DNA of 64,000 nt from Planctomycetota bacterium (GCA_045863855.1 BTVV01000002.1:1-64000); one strand, 5' to 3'; counted from the stretch's first letter, positions 1 to 9,990 are shown. Made by a program: numbers and translations. Notes: generated by a model not told the origin, from the sequence alone.

Positions 1-74
1 GGGCAACAGATGTTCAAAAGATTCTTTTAAGCCATGCGACTCAATAGATTACGTAACTCAGGGAGGCCATTCCG

Positions 75-1541
75 ATGCGCAAGGGTGCCCAGTACCTCAA
101 AGCCTTGGACGACGACCGCTACGTCTTTGTCCACGGCGCGCGGACCAAGAAAATAGCCGAACATCCCGGCTTCCGCGGCATCGCCACCACCTTGGCCAAG
201 CTCTACGACACCGCCGCCGACCCCGCCCAAGGCATGCAGTACCTCGCGCCCGAAACCGGCGAACCCGCCAACCGCGTCTTCGCCATCCCGCGCAGCCGCG
301 AGGACCTCGCCACTCGCCGCGCCGCGATCCTGAAATGGGCGCGCCTCACCCACGGCCTCGTCGGCCGCAGTCCCGATCACGTCGGCAGCTTCCTGGCCGG
401 CTTCGCCAGCCACCCCGCCTTCTTCGACGGCGGCGCGCGCGGCTTCGGCGCGAACGTCAAAAACTTCTACAAGAAACTACTCAGCGAAGACCTCTACTTC
501 TCTTACGTGATCATCCCGCCGCAGATCGACCGCAGCAAAACCGCCAGCACCCAGGAAGAAGCCTTCCTCCAGGCCGGCGTCGTCAAAGAACGCGACGACG
601 GCATCGTCATCCGCGGCGCCCAGATGCTCGGCACCGGCGCCGCCGTCAGCGACTGGCTCTTCGTGAGCTGCATCGTCCCGCAGCAGCCCGGCGACGAACC
701 CTACGCCAATACCTTCGTCCTCCCCGTCAATACCCCCGGCCTCAAGCTTTACTGCCGCCCGCCGTACGCGCTCCACAAAGAACGCGTTTACGATTACCCG
801 CTCTCCACGCGCTTCGACGAAAGCGACGCCCTCGCCGTCTTCGACGACGTCTTCGTGCCCTGGGAACAGGTCTTCGTCTACCGCGACCTCGAGAAGGTCC
901 GCGCGCAGTTTTTCGCCACGCCCGCGCACGTCCTGGGCAACAACCAAGCCCAGATCCGCTTCACCGCCAAGATTCAGTTCCTCGTCGGCCTCGCCCGCAA
1001 AATCGCCGCCGCCAACGGCGTCGACAAGATCCCCGGCGTCATCGAGAAGCTCGGCGAACTCGCCTCCCTCGCCTCCCTCGTCGAAGGCATGGAACTCGCC
1101 AGCGAAGCCGCCAGCACCCTCGATCCCCGCGGCGTCGCGCGACCCAACGAACGCTTCCTCTACGGCGCCATGGGTCTCCAGGCCGAACTCTATCCCCGCG
1201 CCCTCCAGGCCCTGCGCGAACTCGCCGGCGGCGGACCCCTTCAAGTCCCCTCCAGCGTCGTGGACCTCGAGCACCCCGATGCCGGCCGCGATCTGCGCCG
1301 CTACATCCGCTCCCCAGGCTCGCCGGCCGAAGAGAAGATCAAACTCTTCAAGCTCGCCTGGGATCTCATCGGCACCGAGTTCGGCGGCCGGCACCTGCAG
1401 TACGAGATGTTCTACGCCGGAGCGCCCTTCGTCGCCAAAGGCTACGCTTTCCGTAACTACGGCTACGAGCAAGCGACCCAGCTCGTCGATGCGGCGCTGA
1501 ACGACTACAACATGCAGACGGCGGCGAACGGTAATCGGTAA
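75..1541 (+). CDS. 4-hydroxyphenylacetate 3-hydroxylase (HpaB)-family FAD-dependent monooxygenase, oxygenase component
   Basis: 488 aa; N-terminal 'GAQYLKALDDDRYVFVHG', 'GRSPDH', 'YPLSTRFDESDA..VFDDVFVPWE', 'KLFKLAWDLIGTEFGGRHLQYEMFY' motifs typical of the HpaB family; substrate unknown. Confidence 0.9.
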   Translation: MRKGAQYLKALDDDRYVFVHGARTKKIAEHPGFRGIATTLAKLYDTAADPAQGMQYLAPETGEPANRVFAIPRSREDLATRRAAILKWARLTHGLVGRSPDHVGSFLAGFASHPAFFDGGARGFGANVKNFYKKLLSEDLYFSYVIIPPQIDRSKTASTQEEAFLQAGVVKERDDGIVIRGAQMLGTGAAVSDWLFVSCIVPQQPGDEPYANTFVLPVNTPGLKLYCRPPYALHKERVYDYPLSTRFDESDALAVFDDVFVPWEQVFVYRDLEKVRAQFFATPAHVLGNNQAQIRFTAKIQFLVGLARKIAAANGVDKIPGVIEKLGELASLASLVEGMELASEAASTLDPRGVARPNERFLYGAMGLQAELYPRALQALRELAGGGPLQVPSSVVDLEHPDAGRDLRRYIRSPGSPAEEKIKLFKLAWDLIGTEFGGRHLQYEMFYAGAPFVAKGYAFRNYGYEQATQLVDAALNDYNMQTAANGNR

Positions 1542-1595
1542 ACCGTAAACGCTAACGCCTCGGCGCCCTTCGCAGCGCCGGCAGCCGCGGCCCTA

Positions 1596-1615
1596 GGTAT
1601 CGCGGGCGCCCCGCC
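1596..1615 (+). repeat. REP-like palindromic repeat (GGTATCGCGGGCGCCCCGCC)
   Basis: Related copies at 6644-6666 and 12194-12215; GTAT leader plus a GC-rich imperfect hairpin. Confidence 0.45.
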
Positions 1616-1768
1616 GTTTAATGAAAGCTCGCTTTCCGAGTAATCCCTGCTCCCCTCTCCCCCGCCCCTCAAATTCCTCCCGCGCTGCACCATGTGGCGC
1701 TTGCATTGATCGCTATATTCACTATGCTCCCCGTAGCTATTCGGCTTTAAACAAGCCCTCCGGAGCGC

Positions 1769-3013
1769 GTGGCTATGGACCTCGACCAACTCCTCATCGA
1801 CCTCGGTCAGCGTGGCGGCTCGGACTTGCACCTCAAAAGCAACCGCCCCCCGCTCTTCCGCATCCACGGCGACCTGCTCCCGCAGACCACCTTTCCCGAA
1901 ATCAGCGCCGAAGACATGCGCGAACTCCTCTTCCGACTCATGGGCCCCGAACGCTCGCGCATCTTCGAACAGGAACTCGAGGCCGACTTCAGCTACGAAA
2001 TCCCCGGCTTCGCGCGCTTCCGCGTCAACGCTTTCGTCCAGCGCGGACTGATCGGCGCCGTACTGCGCTTGATCCCCCTCGACGTTCCGACCATCGACGG
2101 CTTGGGCCTCCCGACCGTCCTCAAATCGCTCTGCGATCAGCCCAACGGACTCGTTATCGTCACCGGCCCCACCGGCAGCGGCAAATCCACCACCCTCGCC
2201 GCCATGATCCAGTACATCAACCAGACCTACCAGAATCACGTCATCACCATCGAAGACCCCATCGAATTCGTCTACTCCGACGAACTCAGCACCATCAACC
2301 AGCGCGAACTCGGCCTCGACACCCACGAACTCCACCGCGCGCTGCGCGCCGCGCTGCGCCAGGACCCCGACGTGATTCTGATGGGCGAAATGCGCGACGC
2401 CGAAACCATCCACTTCGCCATCACCGCCGCCGAAACCGGACACTTGGTCTTCTCGACCCTCCACACCAACGACGCCAAGCAGTCCCTCGACCGCATTCTC
2501 GACACCTTCGAAGGCCCCGAAGCCAACCAGATCCGGATGCAGCTTGCCCTGGTGCTCCGTGGCGTCATCTGCCAGCGCCTCATGAAGCGCAGCGACGGCC
2601 AGGGACGCGTCCCGGCCATCGAGATCATGATGAACACTTCGCACGTCAAGCAGTTGATCGAAGAAGGCGCGACCCGCGACCTCGAAAAGGCGCTTGCCGA
2701 CGGTGCGCACTACGGCATGCAGTCCTTCAACCAGGCACTCTACCAGCTCTACAAGCAGGGTTTGGTCAGCGAAGACGAAGCGCTCGCCACCAGTTCGGCG
2801 CCCGAAGACTTGAAGCTGATGATGCGCGGCATTCGCCGCGGAGCGGCCGCCGACGAACTGGCTTCCGGAGCCGCCGGCGGAGCCAAGCAAGCGCCCAACA
2901 AGGGCCTGCCCGGAGCGAAGGGCGTCACCATCACCCAGTCCGCCCCCAAGGCCGGCGGTCTCCCGCCCTCCAGCGGCGACAAGAAACCCCCCGGCCGCGG
3001 CTTCGAATTCTAG
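1769..3013 (+). CDS. pilT: PilT/PilU-family type IV pilus retraction ATPase
   Basis: 'SDLHL', Walker A GPTGSGKSTT, 'TIEDPIE', 'ALRQDPDVILMGEMRD', 'TGHLVFSTLHTN', 'GMQSFNQAL'; AIRNLIRE motif degenerate (HVKQLIEE); low-complexity C-terminal tail; start may be ATG 1775. Confidence 0.9.
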   Translation: MAMDLDQLLIDLGQRGGSDLHLKSNRPPLFRIHGDLLPQTTFPEISAEDMRELLFRLMGPERSRIFEQELEADFSYEIPGFARFRVNAFVQRGLIGAVLRLIPLDVPTIDGLGLPTVLKSLCDQPNGLVIVTGPTGSGKSTTLAAMIQYINQTYQNHVITIEDPIEFVYSDELSTINQRELGLDTHELHRALRAALRQDPDVILMGEMRDAETIHFAITAAETGHLVFSTLHTNDAKQSLDRILDTFEGPEANQIRMQLALVLRGVICQRLMKRSDGQGRVPAIEIMMNTSHVKQLIEEGATRDLEKALADGAHYGMQSFNQALYQLYKQGLVSEDEALATSSAPEDLKLMMRGIRRGAAADELASGAAGGAKQAPNKGLPGAKGVTITQSAPKAGGLPPSSGDKKPPGRGFEF

Positions 3014-3179
3014 GCTCTGTCCCGAATCGCTTCGAAAACGTATGCGCCGCGCGGACCAAGCAGGGCGAGGAAGCCGAACGCGCTGTATCTCTAGAGTAGT
3101 TACAGCAAGCTAGGCTGACGAAGCGTTGCGCAGGTCCCCGTAAGCAGACGCCGAAGAAGCGTTTCGGGACAGAGCCTAG
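3010..3179. mobile_element. Putative MITE (non-autonomous IS-derived element) with terminal inverted repeats and CTAG/TA target duplication
   Basis: CTAGGCTCTGTCCCGAA (3010-3026) is the exact reverse complement of TTCGGGACAGAGCCTAG (3163-3179), extended by CGCTT/AAGCG after one mismatch; internal GCTGTA/TACAGC stem; no transposase. Confidence 0.75.
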
Positions 3180-3282
3180 GCGGTATTTCCCTTCGCCTTC
3201 CTGCGCGTGGATTTCCCCTTTTCCCCTTCTTGGCAAGGGGGAAGGGGAGGTGAATCTAACGAGTCGAGCGCAGCGCGCTCGA

Positions 3283-5040
3283 TTACCCGCCGCCTCCCCG
3301 CGCCAAGCGCGTCGGATTCAGAAACGGATTCTCCTCCGTCTTCGCCGCCTCATCCCGCTCGAACGGATTTCCCGCCGCGGCGCTCGGACCGCGCTCCCGA
3401 TCCGGCTCCGCGCCGCCCGCTTCGGGCGTGCGGCCGCGCACCAGCGTCGGACCCCCGGACGAGCTGGGCCGCCGCGCGTCCGCACCGCGGCGCTCATCCG
3501 TCGCCGAAGTCCCATCCGCCCGGCTCCCGTCCAGGTACGCGTGAAACGCCGCCTCCAACTGCGCCGCGTCGAGCCCCACGTACGCCTGAATCCCCTGCTT
3601 CGCCCGGTTGCGGTAACAGTCGCTGGCGTAATGCAACAGATCCGCCGCGTACGCCCCGTGCGCGTGATCGATCAGGAACCGGCACAGCGCGCCGCTGACC
3701 AGATAGTGATCGTGCCGCCCGGGCTCGGCGTGAAAGCGCTCCCGCGGCATGTTCAGCAGCGAGCTCAGCGCCAGCAGCTTCCCGCCCGCGCGCAGCTCCG
3801 CCGCGTCGCGCACGTCCGCGTGGCGGGCGCGCGGCGGCAGCGCCAGCCGCCCGTCCCGGTCCGGCACGCCGTACTCCAGCACCTGCGCGAGCCCCTCCGT
3901 CAGCCAGGTCGGCCCGTCGCCCACCCGCGAGAACTCGCCCAGGATCTGGTGCGTCACTTCGTGCTGGACCGTGCGGAAGACGAAGCCCGTCTCCGGCGGG
4001 CCGTACGCGTAAAAAAAGCTCGCTCCGCTGGCCGTGTTGTAGAAGCCTACCGAACGTTTCAACAGCTCCTTGTTCTCCGACTTCACCTCCCGATCGATGA
4101 TCGAACGGTACTGCGCCTCGTCGCGCATGAACCAGACCACCATCTTCTTTTCCGCTTTCTGATTGAAGAGCAGCCCCGTCGCCTGCTTCGCCGCGCCGCG
4201 CATGAAGAAATCCAGGTAGCGCCGGAAACACAGCTCGCGGACCGCGTCGAGCCGCTCCGCGACCGCCACCGCCTGTTCGCGCGAACTCGTCGACTTCAGG
4301 ATGAAGTGTTCCGTCTCCAGCACCCACGGGTTCGCCAGCGCCGCGTGCTTTGCGTCGGCCTCGCCCTGCGTCGACCACGCCCCGTTCTCGAACCACTCTC
4401 CGTTTTGCACGCGAGCGGCGTGCGCGGCCTCCACCCAGCCCTTACCCGGCAGGTACGTCCGCGCCGCCTGAAGCTGCGCCGCCGCGTAGGGCGAGGCCCA
4501 TTGCGAACCCACGCGCACATGGCCCAGCGCCTGGTGCGCCACCGCGTGATCGGGATCGGCTTCCAGCATCTCGTACACCAGTTCGTACGCGAAACCCGCC
4601 AGCCCCGCTTCGTAGCAGCGCCGCGCGAGATCCTGAAGCGGCGGGGCGAGCTGCTTTCGCGCCGCTGCGCGGCGGCGCGTAAGCTCCGGCTTCAACGCCT
4701 CGTCCAGCGCCTTCACCGGAGCGATCCCGTCCACCAGCGCCGCCAGCCGGTCCAAGTCGCGCCAGCCGCACTCGCTGCGCCGCAACTCGCTTAAGTACGC
4801 TTGGGCTTCGGCTCGAGCGCCTTGTCCGGCCAGCCACTTCAGCGTCGCTTCGTGAGCGTTCCGGCAACCGCCGCGCGCCGTTTGAAGAGCGGTCTGATAC
4901 TGCGCCGCCATGCGCTGCCGGTTCGCCCGCTGCGCCGCGCGATACTGCGGGTCCAGGTCCGCTTCGCCCGCGGGCGCACAAACGGAGCCCAGGCTCCAGA
5001 GCAGCGCCAGAATCGGACAACAGTTCACCCGAGGCAACAC
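3283..5040 (-). CDS. Secreted DUF1570-like zinc metallopeptidase-domain protein
   Basis: Signal-peptide-like N terminus after a probable GTG start at 5040; HExxH (HEVTHQ) followed by 'WLTEGLAQ' gluzincin-like motif; 'DPDHAVAHQALG' motif; start uncertain. Confidence 0.7.
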   Translation of the reverse strand: MLPRVNCCPILALLWSLGSVCAPAGEADLDPQYRAAQRANRQRMAAQYQTALQTARGGCRNAHEATLKWLAGQGARAEAQAYLSELRRSECGWRDLDRLAALVDGIAPVKALDEALKPELTRRRAAARKQLAPPLQDLARRCYEAGLAGFAYELVYEMLEADPDHAVAHQALGHVRVGSQWASPYAAAQLQAARTYLPGKGWVEAAHAARVQNGEWFENGAWSTQGEADAKHAALANPWVLETEHFILKSTSSREQAVAVAERLDAVRELCFRRYLDFFMRGAAKQATGLLFNQKAEKKMVVWFMRDEAQYRSIIDREVKSENKELLKRSVGFYNTASGASFFYAYGPPETGFVFRTVQHEVTHQILGEFSRVGDGPTWLTEGLAQVLEYGVPDRDGRLALPPRARHADVRDAAELRAGGKLLALSSLLNMPRERFHAEPGRHDHYLVSGALCRFLIDHAHGAYAADLLHYASDCYRNRAKQGIQAYVGLDAAQLEAAFHAYLDGSRADGTSATDERRGADARRPSSSGGPTLVRGRTPEAGGAEPDRERGPSAAAGNPFERDEAAKTEENPFLNPTRLARGGGG

Positions 5041-5274
5041 GTTGCCCTCCCGCTTCATGCACGAGGTAAACGGAAAACGATGCGATACGGCGGCGTCCCG
5101 GCGCGCCATCAGCCAGCGGCGGATATGGACGGCATTACGGCAACATGCTTCTTCAAGCCGATGGCTTATTTCTTTCAACTATCAAGACGAAGCAGAAGCC
5201 ACAGGCGTTACGGTCAAAGGTTGGTAAATCGTCGCCCGGCCGCCCCGCTGCTCCGCGCGGGGTACAATAACGAA

Positions 5275-5300
5275 GCCGGGGTTCCATGCGGAACCCCGGC
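5275..5300 (-). terminator. Probable intrinsic terminator after the VWA gene
   Basis: GCCGGGGTTCC-ATGC-GGAACCCCGGC 11-bp perfect stem; followed on the minus strand by TTCGTTATTGT. Confidence 0.6.
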
Positions 5301-5329
5301 CCATCCGGCTCGTGTTTGCGTCCCGCGTA

Positions 5330-6502
5330 TTACTCCCCGAACGCGAAACCCTTCTTCGTCGCCTGCTCGCGGATCGACTTGATCATCGCCGCGTCCAGCG
5401 TCTCTTCGCCGCTCGCCGCGCGCTTCTTCATCTCTTCGGCGACGTATTTGTTCCGCGCTTCGTTCAGCGCCAGGATCTTCGCCTGAAGCTCCGCGCGCTC
5501 CTTCGACTTTCCTTCCACGTACGCTTGGCGCCCGGCCTCGTCGAGCTTCTTCATCTCCGCCGGCAGTTCGCCTTCCGCCACTTCCTTCAACGCCACTTTC
5601 TTGTCCCGCAGCGCGTCCACCAGATCCCATTCGGAGTTGTTGTAGAGCTCGCTGGCTTTGGTCGCGGCGCGCTGGGCGGCCGATTCGGGCGCGGCAGCCG
5701 CCGCGTTCGCGTCCTGCGCCATCTGCCGTTCCTTCGCCGCTTCGGCTTTGCGGCCGAAGGCCACGTACGTCCCGTTCAGTTTCTGGCTTAAGTCCGCCAG
5801 TTCGGCGTCCTGCGGCGCTTGCACGACCGCGACCGTCCGGTTCTGGTCGATGTGCATGTAACGCCCGTCGGCCAGGTCCGCCCCGTCCTTCCAGTTCGTA
5901 CGGACGCCTTCGTCCACATTTCCACAGAAAATCGTGTTCACCAAAATTCCCTTCGCGATCGCCCCGCGGCACGCGCTCCGGTAATCCACCCGGCCCTGCC
6001 CGAACCCTTCGTTCCCCGCGATGAAGATCGCCTTCAAGTCGTCCGCCGCAGCGCTCCACTGCAAGTGCGCCGCCGCATGCTGGATCACCGCCCCGCAGTA
6101 CTCTTCCCCGCCGTTGGTCTTCAGCGCGAAGAGCTCCTCGCTCACCTTGTCCAGATCCTGCGTGAACGGAACGATGCAGCGCAGGAAGTTCTCGCCCGCC
6201 GGCAGCGTCTGCTTACCGTACTCGTACAACGCCACGTGCACCTCCGGGCGCTGCCCGTGCCGCTTGGCGACGATGAACTCGTTGACGATCTTCCAAAGCT
6301 GCGTCTTGGCCTGATCGATCAGCCCGTCCATGCTCCCGCTCGTATCGAGCAGAATGGCGAGCTGCACCTGCGGGCGCTTCGCCACCGGCGGAGGCTGTAT
6401 GCCAATCGGCTTCCCGCCGTCCGCGACCTCCGTTTCCGAGGCCCCGGCGCAAGCCACCAGCGCCAACGTCAATAAAAGGATCGAGAGGAATTTGGAGCGC
6501 AT
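5330..6502 (-). CDS. Exported von Willebrand factor A (VWA) domain protein
   Basis: MIDAS DTSGSM motif; signal peptide MRSKFLSILLLTLALVACAG; helical C-terminal region; ATG 6502 preferred to the ORF-track start. Confidence 0.85.
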   Translation of the reverse strand: MRSKFLSILLLTLALVACAGASETEVADGGKPIGIQPPPVAKRPQVQLAILLDTSGSMDGLIDQAKTQLWKIVNEFIVAKRHGQRPEVHVALYEYGKQTLPAGENFLRCIVPFTQDLDKVSEELFALKTNGGEEYCGAVIQHAAAHLQWSAAADDLKAIFIAGNEGFGQGRVDYRSACRGAIAKGILVNTIFCGNVDEGVRTNWKDGADLADGRYMHIDQNRTVAVVQAPQDAELADLSQKLNGTYVAFGRKAEAAKERQMAQDANAAAAAPESAAQRAATKASELYNNSEWDLVDALRDKKVALKEVAEGELPAEMKKLDEAGRQAYVEGKSKERAELQAKILALNEARNKYVAEEMKKRAASGEETLDAAMIKSIREQATKKGFAFGE

Positions 6503-6643
6503 GAGCGTGTCCCTTTCGTAGAGTGCCCGTTTCGCCTGCAAGGGATTCGACGCTCTGCCTCCTCGCCGGTTGCGCAGTTTGAAGTCAATGTGAGGTAAAA
6601 CCCTGAATCCCGTACGTGCACCCAAGTATCGCCGGCCCACCCA

Positions 6644-6666
6644 GGTATCGCGGGCGTCTCGCCCGC
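6644..6666 (+). repeat. REP-like palindromic repeat (GGTATCGCGGGCGTCTCGCCCGC)
   Basis: GCGGGCG-TCT-CGCCCGC hairpin preceded by GTAT; related copies at 1596 and 12194. Confidence 0.5.
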
Positions 6667-6680
6667 AGGTCAAGCCCTTA

Positions 6681-6757
6681 GCCGTTTGCCGTTTGGTGTT
6701 TGGTGTTTGGTGTTTGGTGTTTGCCCTTTGTTTGGTTCTTGCCGTTTGAAGTTTGCC
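6681..6757. repeat. Heptameric short tandem repeat tract (NNNGTTT; GGTGTTT x4, GCCGTTT)
   Basis: Directly visible 7-bp periodicity; related tracts at 9991-10036 and 54409-54480. Confidence 0.8.
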
Positions 6758-6917
6758 CTTTACCCCAACCTCTCCCCCCACCCTCTTTCTCCCCTCTTGA
6801 CCCCTCCTCCGTTATCCGATAACTTGAACAGGCTCACGATTTTGGACTAGCTTGGGAGCAATCCGCCCCGTCGTTTCAAAGCTCGACGGCGAGGCGGCGG
6901 TTTTACGAGGAGTGGCG

Positions 6918-8117
6918 ATGGTTCGCGCACGGACGCATATAAAGGTAGGCGCGCTGGCCTTGGCCGCCTTGCTTTCGCTCGCCGGCTGCGGGTTGGGCAC
7001 CAGCAACCAGCGCATGAACGCCACCGAGCAGAACGCCCGCGCCTACACCGAGCATCAGCGCAAACTCCCCGAAGACCTCCGCGAAGACGTCCGCCGCTAC
7101 CGCCACATCCAGGAGAAGTTGGCCTGGAAGATGGTTCAGGACATCGAGAACTACTGGCAATACCACCGCGAACTGACCGATGAAGTCCGCGACGACATTC
7201 GCGCCTACAAACAGCTTCAAGCCCGCCTCGCCTGGGAAGTCGCCGAAAACGTCGAGGCCTACTGGGAGCATCAGCGCCAGTTGCCCGAACACCTCCGCGA
7301 CGAAGTCCGGCGCTACAAAAACGTGCAGGTCGAACGCGCCAAGGCCACCGAGGAAAACGTCCAGGATTACTGGGCGTATCACATGCAGCAGGTCGAACAT
7401 CTCCGCGAGAGTGTCCGGCGCTACAAGCACAACCAGCAGGACTTGGCCAATAAGGTCGTCGCCAACGTCGAGAACTACTGGGAACACCAGCGTTCCAAGC
7501 CCGAACACCTCCGCGACGATGTCCGCCGCTTCAAGAACGAGCAGGTCGACCGCGCCGAGCGCACCGAGAAGAACGTCGAGGCCTATTGGGCGCACCAGCA
7601 GGAAGGCCCCGAACACCTCCGCCAGCTCGTCCGCAGTTGGTGGAGCAACCAGGACCGCCTCAGCAAGAAACTAGTCGAGGATGTCGAGACCTACTGGGCG
7701 CACCAGCAGAGCTTGCCCGAACACCTCCGCTCCGCCGTCAGCCGCTACTGGCACAACGAATCCGTTGTGCGCGTCGCCAAGACCAAGCAGAACATCGAGA
7801 ACTACTGGGACCACCAGCGCGAACTCACCGACGACGTCCGCGACGACGTCCGCCGCTTCAAAAACAGCCAGATCGACCGCGCCTACCGCACCGAGAAGAA
7901 CGTCGAAGGCTACTGGGAATATCAGCGCAGCAAGCCCGAATTTCTCCGCGAGCAAGTCCGCGACTGGCTCGAGAACGAAACCGAAAAGCGCCCCGCCAAA
8001 GTCCTCGCCAACGTCGAAGCCTACTGGGAACACCAGCAGCAATACCTCCAAGAGACCGAACTTAACTCCCGCTACTACAGCGGTCAGTACGACGACAAAG
8101 TTCGACGCAATCAGTAA
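6918..8117 (+). CDS. Predicted lipoprotein made of ten tandem 36-37 aa helical repeats
   Basis: GAGGAG RBS before ATG 6918; lipobox LAGC; repeat consensus about NVEAYWEHQRxLPEHLRDDVRRYKNxQxxRAxxTEK. Confidence 0.85.
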   Translation: MVRARTHIKVGALALAALLSLAGCGLGTSNQRMNATEQNARAYTEHQRKLPEDLREDVRRYRHIQEKLAWKMVQDIENYWQYHRELTDEVRDDIRAYKQLQARLAWEVAENVEAYWEHQRQLPEHLRDEVRRYKNVQVERAKATEENVQDYWAYHMQQVEHLRESVRRYKHNQQDLANKVVANVENYWEHQRSKPEHLRDDVRRFKNEQVDRAERTEKNVEAYWAHQQEGPEHLRQLVRSWWSNQDRLSKKLVEDVETYWAHQQSLPEHLRSAVSRYWHNESVVRVAKTKQNIENYWDHQRELTDDVRDDVRRFKNSQIDRAYRTEKNVEGYWEYQRSKPEFLREQVRDWLENETEKRPAKVLANVEAYWEHQQQYLQETELNSRYYSGQYDDKVRRNQ

Positions 8118-8270
8118 GCGAAGCGAAGTGTAAAAAGTAAACCTGAATACCACAGCCTCACCCAAGCCTGCCTTTCATCGATTTCCGTTGCCGTTTACTC
8201 ATTGCTTTTACTTTTCCCCTCCCTTCCCCTACGCTCACCCATCCAGCCAACCAGCTAACCGGCGTCCCCT

Positions 8271-9179
8271 ATGACTCCACTCACCCGCGGCCGGCTCTGC
8301 ATCGTAGGCGCGGCGGTCTGTTGGAGCAGCGCCGGGGCGCTGGTGAAGTACGCCAACCGCTCGCTCGACGCTTGGCAGATCGCCGGCGGGCGCAGCTTTT
8401 TCGCGTTTCTCCTGCTCGTGATCCTGGTCAAGCCCTGGCGCCGGAACGATTGGTGGAAGCCCAGCCCCAAGCTACTCCTGCTCTCCATCGCTTACCCCGC
8501 CATGCTGATCGGCTACATCACCGCGCTCGTTCACACCACCGCCGCCAACGCGATCTTCCTGCAGGACACCGCGCCCGTCTGGGTCATGCTCCTCTCCCCT
8601 TTTCTGCTCGGCGAACGCTTCCGCGCCGGCGACCTGCTCCTCGTGGCGCTCTGTGCCGTCGGCATGTTGCTCTTTTTCAACGACCAACTCACCGACGGCC
8701 AAGCCTTCGGAAACATGATGGCGCTCTGCAGCGGCCTGGGCTTCGCGCTGGTCATGATCGGCCTGCGTTGGGGCCGCCCGAAGGAACTCGATCCGAACGC
8801 CCCGCCGCCCGCCGGCCCGCGGCCGCCCTCCGACGCCGAACTCCTGATCGTCTACGGCAATATTTTTTGTGTTCTCGGTTGCCTCGGCTTCCAAGGCGCT
8901 TGGCCGCCGCTCGAAGAACTTCCCGTCCCGCTCGCGACCGTCGTCGTCCTCGGCGTGGTCCAACTGGGCATGGGCTATTACCTGATGACCCACGGCATCC
9001 GCCAAGTCTCGGCGCTCGAAGCCTCGCTGCTCGCGCTGCTGGAACCGATTCTCTGTCCGATCTGGGCGTTTCTGACGCTAAACGAACGCCCCGGACCGTG
9101 GGCTATGGTGGGGAGCGCCGTGATTTTGCTGACCGTGGCGCTGCAAGCGTTTCGAGGACCGGGCAGTGAGGCGAAGTGA
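8271..9179 (+). CDS. EamA/DMT-family transporter
   Basis: 302 aa with about 10 hydrophobic segments; 'TAPVWVMLLSPFLLGER' and 'LEPILCPIWAFLTLNERPG' EamA motifs. Confidence 0.9.
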   Translation: MTPLTRGRLCIVGAAVCWSSAGALVKYANRSLDAWQIAGGRSFFAFLLLVILVKPWRRNDWWKPSPKLLLLSIAYPAMLIGYITALVHTTAANAIFLQDTAPVWVMLLSPFLLGERFRAGDLLLVALCAVGMLLFFNDQLTDGQAFGNMMALCSGLGFALVMIGLRWGRPKELDPNAPPPAGPRPPSDAELLIVYGNIFCVLGCLGFQGAWPPLEELPVPLATVVVLGVVQLGMGYYLMTHGIRQVSALEASLLALLEPILCPIWAFLTLNERPGPWAMVGSAVILLTVALQAFRGPGSEAK

Positions 9180-9733
9180 CGGTGAGCAGTGAACGGTAAA
9201 CGATGAGCGGTAACGGCTGCGCGGTTTCGCTGACGTCCGATACTTTGGACGGGTGTCGGTAGCTCTCCACGAAAAGACGAGTCAGGCTACGCATCTTGGC
9301 GTGGCCGCAATCCTTCGCATCCCGTAGGGACGCGATGACCGCACACGAAAGCGATTCCGCGGCAAGCCCATGGCCAAGGCGTTTAGGTTAGGCATGGGGC
9401 TGCTGCGCCTAAATCGCGCAAATACATATAAACACATAAAAACGCCCTTGGCGTACGCCTCCAAAGGGCCTGCACCACGTTCCAAAACGGAACCCCAAGC
9501 TTCCAACAGGCCCTGGGCGTCTTCTAAAGTCCTATATTGCACATGTTCCTATGAACACGTAAGAACCAGCAACGATTATAGCGCAAATATGGCACGATCG
9601 ATTTTTTTGTACGAGGTGCGTACCCATCTCCGACCGTCCGGTACGTCAATTTAGGTTAATATAAGTCCTTAAAGACCGTGCGGTCAAAAACGCCCAGTCG
9701 ATAGATTCAATTTGAATCCCTAACATAGTGCAA

Positions 9734-9749
9734 TGTTCCACGTGGAACA
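9734..9749. promoter_or_regulatory. parS centromere site 1
   Basis: Perfect TGTTCCACGTGGAACA palindrome matching the bacterial parS consensus; upstream of parB. Confidence 0.95.
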
Positions 9750-9837
9750 TTTGGCCATTACCAATCCCCCAATCCCCAGCGCTTCCATACGCCCCATCAA
9801 GCCCAAACGACCTCAAAACCAGCCCAAAACCACCAAA

Positions 9838-9853
9838 TGTTCCACGTGGAACA
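9838..9853. promoter_or_regulatory. parS centromere site 2
   Basis: Perfect TGTTCCACGTGGAACA. Confidence 0.95.
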
Positions 9854-9990
9854 TTCGCCAAGCGAGCGCTCATTCGCCCCTTTTGGCCCTCTAGAGCCAT
9901 CCAGGGCTCCCTGTATTCCAAACCAAGATCGAATGCCCAACTCCCCGCTCTATCCTGCCTCCATCCGCCCTGCCCAAGTCTTTAGCCCTC

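Noticed and set aside
335..4794. Arg/Pro-rich alternative-frame ORFs (335-1456, 1621-3099, 3250-4794)
   Set aside because: Off-frame or antisense products of GC-rich coding sequence overlapping well-supported genes
6681..8117. CRISPR array (heptamer tract or the 108-bp periodicity in the lipoprotein gene)
   Set aside because: No identical repeats with unique spacers and no cas genes; the periodicity is protein-coding or microsatellite-like
9544..9557. TGTTCCTATGAACA as a fourth parS
   Set aside because: Only 14 bp with the wrong half-site spacing; at best a decayed site
9282..9985. Short ORFs in the parS gap (possible parA remnant)
   Set aside because: No Walker A motif or ParA similarity, no clear RBS, atypical codon usage; two of them simply read through parS sites
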